Source: Candidatus Latescibacterota bacterium (lineage in GTDB: Bacteria; Latescibacterota; UBA2968; UBA8231). Taken from it: a stretch of DNA of 64,000 nt. Every line of letters begins with the position of its first letter. The first letter of the stretch is position 1. Under the pieces are notes generated by a model that did not search any database, had not been told where the DNA came from, and was given only the letters and a program-made list of their open reading frames with translations. Position numbers and translations under genes: made by a program. Below are positions 58,823-64,000 of the stretch, piece by piece. The stretch is from the NCBI GenBank assembly GCA_963422735.1, contig OY730476.1:3328001-3392000 (forward strand), in the 5' to 3' direction.

Positions 58823-60196
58823 GTGGCCAAAAAGAACCGTTCCGCTTACGTCTGTCAGTCCTGCGGCCACAGTGCCGTGCGCTGGTTTGGGCGCTGTGTG
58901 GCCTGCGGCGAGTGGAACACCTGCGTCGAAGAGCGGTCCCAAGCACCCGACAGCCGACGCGAACATCTAACGGTGTCGCCCCGTTCCCAATTGCAGCCCA
59001 TTACCCAAGTCGATGACCAAGACCACGAGCGGCTGCAAATCGGCATCTCCGAGTTCGACAGAGTCTTGGGCGGCGGCATCATGCCCGGTTCGGTCGTCTT
59101 AGTCGGCGGCGATCCCGGCATCGGCAAATCGACGCTTCTGCTGCAGATGGCCGGACAGCTAGCGGCTTCTGATTTTCGCATCGCGTACATTTCCGCCGAG
59201 GAGTCGGCCGCGCAGATCCGCCTGCGCGCCGGGCGCTTAGGGGCGTTGTGCGAAAGCCTGCACGTGATGGCCGAGACCAGCCTCACGGCCATTCTCGATC
59301 AGTTACAATCCGCCGGCCCGCTGGCCATCATCATCGACTCGATCCAGACTATTTACATGCCCGAGCTGGAAAGCGCGCCCGGCAGCGTGACCCAAGTGCG
59401 CGAATGCGCTGCGCGGCTCGTCTATTTGGCCAAAGAGAGCGGCATTCCCACGTTTTTGGTGGGGCACGTGACAAAAGAGGGCACGGTCGCCGGGCCGCGG
59501 GTACTGGAGCACCTAGTCGATACCGTGCTCTATTTAGAGGGCGAGCGGCACCACCACTTCCGCATCCTGCGCGCCGCCAAAAATCGCTTTGGTTCGACCA
59601 ATGAGATCGGAATTTTTGAGATGCGGGACCAAGGGCTAATCGAGGTCGCCAACCCCTCCAAGATTCTGCTGGCCGAGCGCGCCGAGGGCGTGTCGGGTTC
59701 GGCCATCGTCTGTAGCATAGAAGGCACTCGGCCGCTCTTGATCGAAATTCAGGCCCTCGTCTCGCGCTCTAGTTTTGGTTATCCGCAGCGGGTCGCCACC
59801 GGCATCGACGCTAAGCGGCTCTCGATTATTATCGCGGTGCTCGAAAAGCGCTGCGGCCACGACCTATCGAGCGAGGACATTTTCGTCAATGTCGTAGGGG
59901 GTATTCGCCTCGACGAGCCGGCGGTGGATATGGGGGTAGGGCTGGCGATTGTATCGAGCTTCCGCAACAAGCCTATTGACGCGCAGACCGTGGCTATTGG
60001 CGAGATTGGGCTGGGGGGGGAGATCCGGCCGGTGAACCAGATTGACCGGCGGGTAGTCGAGGCGCGGAGTTTGGGGTTTGAGCAGTGTTTGGTGGCGCGG
60101 AGCAACCTACAGGGGTGGAAGCGGCCGGAGGGGATGGAGGTGGTTGGAGTGGGAGGGATGGAGGCGGCCGAAGCTCTCGCATTTGGCCCAAGCTAG
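58823..60196 (+). CDS. radA: DNA repair protein RadA/Sms
   Basis: C4 zinc finger, GDPGIGKST, KNRFG. Confidence 0.97.
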   Translation: MAKKNRSAYVCQSCGHSAVRWFGRCVACGEWNTCVEERSQAPDSRREHLTVSPRSQLQPITQVDDQDHERLQIGISEFDRVLGGGIMPGSVVLVGGDPGIGKSTLLLQMAGQLAASDFRIAYISAEESAAQIRLRAGRLGALCESLHVMAETSLTAILDQLQSAGPLAIIIDSIQTIYMPELESAPGSVTQVRECAARLVYLAKESGIPTFLVGHVTKEGTVAGPRVLEHLVDTVLYLEGERHHHFRILRAAKNRFGSTNEIGIFEMRDQGLIEVANPSKILLAERAEGVSGSAIVCSIEGTRPLLIEIQALVSRSSFGYPQRVATGIDAKRLSIIIAVLEKRCGHDLSSEDIFVNVVGGIRLDEPAVDMGVGLAIVSSFRNKPIDAQTVAIGEIGLGGEIRPVNQIDRRVVEARSLGFEQCLVARSNLQGWKRPEGMEVVGVGGMEAAEALAFGPS

Positions 60197-60308
60197 CTCC
60201 TTTTCTTCACAAAGTTGTTTCTCGCAGTTCCCAATTTTTGCTTTCCGCAGCATTTTTATCGTTTTATAACCTATTATTAAACAATAAATTGTGTGTATCC
60301 TTGCGGCT

Positions 60309-60324
60309 TGGCATGGCATTTGCA
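60309..60324 (+). promoter_or_regulatory. Putative sigma54 promoter upstream of recA
   Basis: TGGCATG-GCAT-TTGCA, one mismatch to TGGCACG-N4-TTGC; AT-rich tract upstream. Confidence 0.55.
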
Positions 60325-60368
60325 AATAAACGGGTGGAGCAGCTTAATGCATTTCAATTAAAAAATAC

Positions 60369-60409
60369 TTGACACCTGAACATTGATGCACTATCTTTTT
60401 GTTCAGGTG
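60369..60409 (+). promoter_or_regulatory. Sigma70 promoter overlapped by an inverted repeat (candidate operator)
   Basis: TTGACA-N17-TATCTT; CACCTGAACA-N17-TGTTCAGGTG. Confidence 0.65.
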
Positions 60410-60457
60410 GGCGGTGTAATAAACATCTCATAGCATAGGATACGCGAGGAGGAAATC

Positions 60458-61576
<1,119 letters not shown>

Positions 61577-61680
61577 CCTCTGCGCTCTCGCGGGTCGAGG
61601 TGCCAAGGCTGCTATTGGGGCCCCCACGCCAAGGCGGCCGCAGCGCCTCGCACCCGCGCGTCCCCCAAGGAGGTAACATC

Positions 61681-61944
61681 ATGCAGACTGCCAGACTAAA
61701 CCCCTCGGCCATCCCCTTGCAAGCGCGCATTGGCCGCGCTCGCTCTTGGGCCGACTTGGAGTTGCTGTGCGAGCACATTGACGCCGCCTACCACCGCGGC
61801 GAGCTCGATCTATCCAGCGCCGACGATCTGAGTGCCTTGGTTGCGGCTGCCACCCTAAAGGTACCCGAGCAAGCCAGTATCCCCGCCGAGGTGCTCTTAA
61901 GTCGGGAACGGGAAATGCCGCACAACGCCCGTCAAGCAGCCTGA
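61681..61944 (+). CDS. Small hypothetical protein
   Basis: AAGGAGGT RBS before ATG 61681; 87 aa; followed by a terminator. Confidence 0.7.
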   Translation: MQTARLNPSAIPLQARIGRARSWADLELLCEHIDAAYHRGELDLSSADDLSALVAAATLKVPEQASIPAEVLLSREREMPHNARQAA

Positions 61945-61985
61945 TCAAGCCGCGACACAGCTCGCCTTTAGGGCGGGCCAACATG

Positions 61986-62016
61986 GGCACCGGAGTTTTT
62001 TGCTTCGGTGCCTTTT
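61986..62016 (+). terminator. Intrinsic terminator
   Basis: GGCACCGGAG-loop-CTTCGGTGCC-TTTT. Confidence 0.78.
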
Positions 62017-62053
62017 GTTTGCAAAAAACAGCCCATGCCGTATAATCAAAAGC

Positions 62054-62599
62054 ATGCCCCGCAGTCCGTTAGAAACCCCCGCCTTAAGAGTGCTAATCAA
62101 GCGCCAGCAAGTGGAGCAGCGCATCGGCGAGTTGGCCCAAATGATAGCCGCCGACTACGCTGGGTCAGCTCCCTTATTTATCGGCCTCCTCAACGGAGCA
62201 GTGCAGTTTATGATGGCTCTGCTGGACCACTTGCCCGAGGGGCTGTTGGCGCAGTTGGACTACGACTTCGTCGGTGTTTCGAGCTATCAGGGCACGGAGA
62301 ACACCGGGCAGGTTGAGCTGACCAAAGACCTCATCGTTGCAGTGGCCGGGCGGGACGTGCTAGTGGTCGATGGCATCGTCGATACGGGCCGATCCCTAGA
62401 GTTTGTGATGGCCATGCTAGAGTCTCGGCAACCCCTTTCGCTCAGAGCATGTACGCTGCTGGACAAAAGTCTCCGCAGGGAGTTGCCAGTGCAGATAGAT
62501 TACTGTGGTTTTGAAGTTGAAGACACGTTCGTCGTCGGCTACGGCATGGATTGCAACCAGCACTACCGCGCTCTGCGCCATATCGCCGCCATTGGATGA
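62054..62599 (+). CDS. hpt: Hypoxanthine phosphoribosyltransferase
   Basis: VSSYQG, IVDTGRSL, TLLDK, FVVGYGMD. Confidence 0.88.
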   Translation: MPRSPLETPALRVLIKRQQVEQRIGELAQMIAADYAGSAPLFIGLLNGAVQFMMALLDHLPEGLLAQLDYDFVGVSSYQGTENTGQVELTKDLIVAVAGRDVLVVDGIVDTGRSLEFVMAMLESRQPLSLRACTLLDKSLRRELPVQIDYCGFEVEDTFVVGYGMDCNQHYRALRHIAAIG

Positions 62600-62619
62600 G
62601 ATAGAGGAGAAGAGGAGCT

Positions 62620-63438
62620 ATGGCCCCCAAGAAAGTCTTAATTACCGGCGTTTGCGGATTGATCGCCGGGGCTGTGTATCGGCATCTGCGCACCCAACCT
62701 GACCGCTATGACCTTTATGGCCTAGCGCGGCGGTCCCAGCTTTCGGAGCGGGCACCCGAAGACGCAGGGTTGGGAATTTCCGAAGAGAAGTTCATCCTCG
62801 CAGACCTGACCGACTACAACGCGATAGCGAAGGCCGTCGAGGGCATGGACATGGTCGTGCAGCTAGCCGCCGACCCGCGGCCAGATGCTAGTTGGGAGAG
62901 CCTGCTCAGCAGCAATATCATCGGGCCGCGCAATGTGCTGGAGGCCGCGCGCCGCGCTGGCGTCAGGCGCGTGGTCTTCGCCAGCTCGATCATGGTGTCT
63001 TGGGGCTACCAACAGGAGGATCCGTACAAGGCAATCTCCGAAGGGCGCTTCGATGCGGTCGATGCTGGTCAGGTCCAGGTCGTGACCCACGAGTGGCCGC
63101 ATCGACCCACTGGTCTCTATCCGGCGACTAAAATTTGGGGCGAAGCCCTAGCGCGCTACTACGCCGACGTACACAATATGTCGGTTCCCTGTCTGCGCAT
63201 CGGCTGGGTCAATGCCGAAGACCACCCGCGCGATGAGCGGGGCGGTGCTATCTGGTGCAGTCAGCGCGACGTGGTCCAGCTCGTGCAGCGCGCCATCGAG
63301 GCTCCCGCGGACTTGCGCTTTGATATTTTTTACGGAGTGTCTAACAACCGCTGGCGCTGGGTCGATATCGACCATCCGCGCGAGGTCTTGGGCTATATCC
63401 CAGCAGACAGTGCTGAAGAGAAATTGGGGCTGGCTTGA
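62620..63438 (+). CDS. NAD-dependent epimerase/dehydratase (uronate dehydrogenase-like)
   Basis: ITGVCGLIA, VVFASS, YPATK, CLRIG. Confidence 0.85.
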   Translation: MAPKKVLITGVCGLIAGAVYRHLRTQPDRYDLYGLARRSQLSERAPEDAGLGISEEKFILADLTDYNAIAKAVEGMDMVVQLAADPRPDASWESLLSSNIIGPRNVLEAARRAGVRRVVFASSIMVSWGYQQEDPYKAISEGRFDAVDAGQVQVVTHEWPHRPTGLYPATKIWGEALARYYADVHNMSVPCLRIGWVNAEDHPRDERGGAIWCSQRDVVQLVQRAIEAPADLRFDIFYGVSNNRWRWVDIDHPREVLGYIPADSAEEKLGLA

Positions 63439-63442
63439 GCTA

Positions 63443-64000
63443 ATGGGCCGTGTGCCTAAAACCAAAACGGACCTATTGTCCGTCAAGCTCTTCTTTCTCG
63501 TCCTAGGGGCGATTGTCGCCTACCATGTCGTTGATTGGATGCGCGGCGCGCCGGAATGGGAGAAGCGGAGCTATGAGCCGGGGGCCTTCGCAGTGCAGAT
63601 GGCCGGCCGGCCCAATCTGCGCAAGCTGCGCGAGCCATTGTCCTTTGGCGAGGTAGAGTTCCAATACCTGATGTTCGAGCGCACCGAGGTGCAATACGCC
63701 GTTGCCTACGGGGATGTGCCCGAGGCTGTCCAAGCCGACAGTGCGATTGCCGCGCACCGAGATGCCATATTGCGGAAGGTGAAGGGGACGATCCTGTCGG
63801 AAGCCACCGTTGAGATGGACGGGCATCCCGCTTGGCAGACGCAGATACAAGCTGCGGACCAAAGCCTCTTGCGATTGCAGAGCCTACAGGTGGGCCAGCG
63901 GCTCTACAGCTTGATGGCGGTCGGAGCACCTTACGCGTTTGACGACCCCTCGGATGTCGAGCGATTTTTTGCGTCCTTCAGGCTCGCCAAGCCCCAATGA
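63443..64000 (+). CDS. Membrane-anchored hypothetical protein (PsbP-like)
   Basis: N-terminal TM, FAVQM.G.P, RFFASFRL; TGA at 63998-64000. Confidence 0.65.
   Translation: MGRVPKTKTDLLSVKLFFLVLGAIVAYHVVDWMRGAPEWEKRSYEPGAFAVQMAGRPNLRKLREPLSFGEVEFQYLMFERTEVQYAVAYGDVPEAVQADSAIAAHRDAILRKVKGTILSEATVEMDGHPAWQTQIQAADQSLLRLQSLQVGQRLYSLMAVGAPYAFDDPSDVERFFASFRLAKPQ

Overview
GC-rich bacterial chromosome window. The secreted Ig/EF-hand proteins, CRTAC1 protein and lamin-tail protein suggest a Latescibacterota/FCB-type lineage, but this is inference only. Most genes are housekeeping: pfkA-pgk-tpiA-secG-tRNA-Leu, dnaE, map, rel-hisC, mpl, dnaG, rho-rpmE2-DUF1385-prfA-prmC-radA, recA and hpt, with four tRNAs in total (Met, Leu, Val, Ile2). 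The main candidate for an undescribed system is a tightly coupled minus-strand operon (41099->26777). It encodes a NusG-II/Gx pair, two OPT-like multipass proteins, a 1608-aa fusion of a nicalin/nicastrin-like degenerate M28 ectodomain to a MacB/FtsX permease, a cytoplasmic hypothetical protein, a stand-alone PqqD/RRE protein, a PAP2-like protein and RecD2. It has no ATPase and no RiPP enzyme or precursor. Other points of note are an Hhe-type DUF4011 helicase-nuclease beside an SDR gene remnant, a DUF1854-ABC transporter pair, a dispersed CCACTAA heptamer element, and a divergent recA whose upstream region carries sigma54-like and sigma70 promoters plus an inverted repeat. All family calls come from motif recognition by eye; no searches were run.
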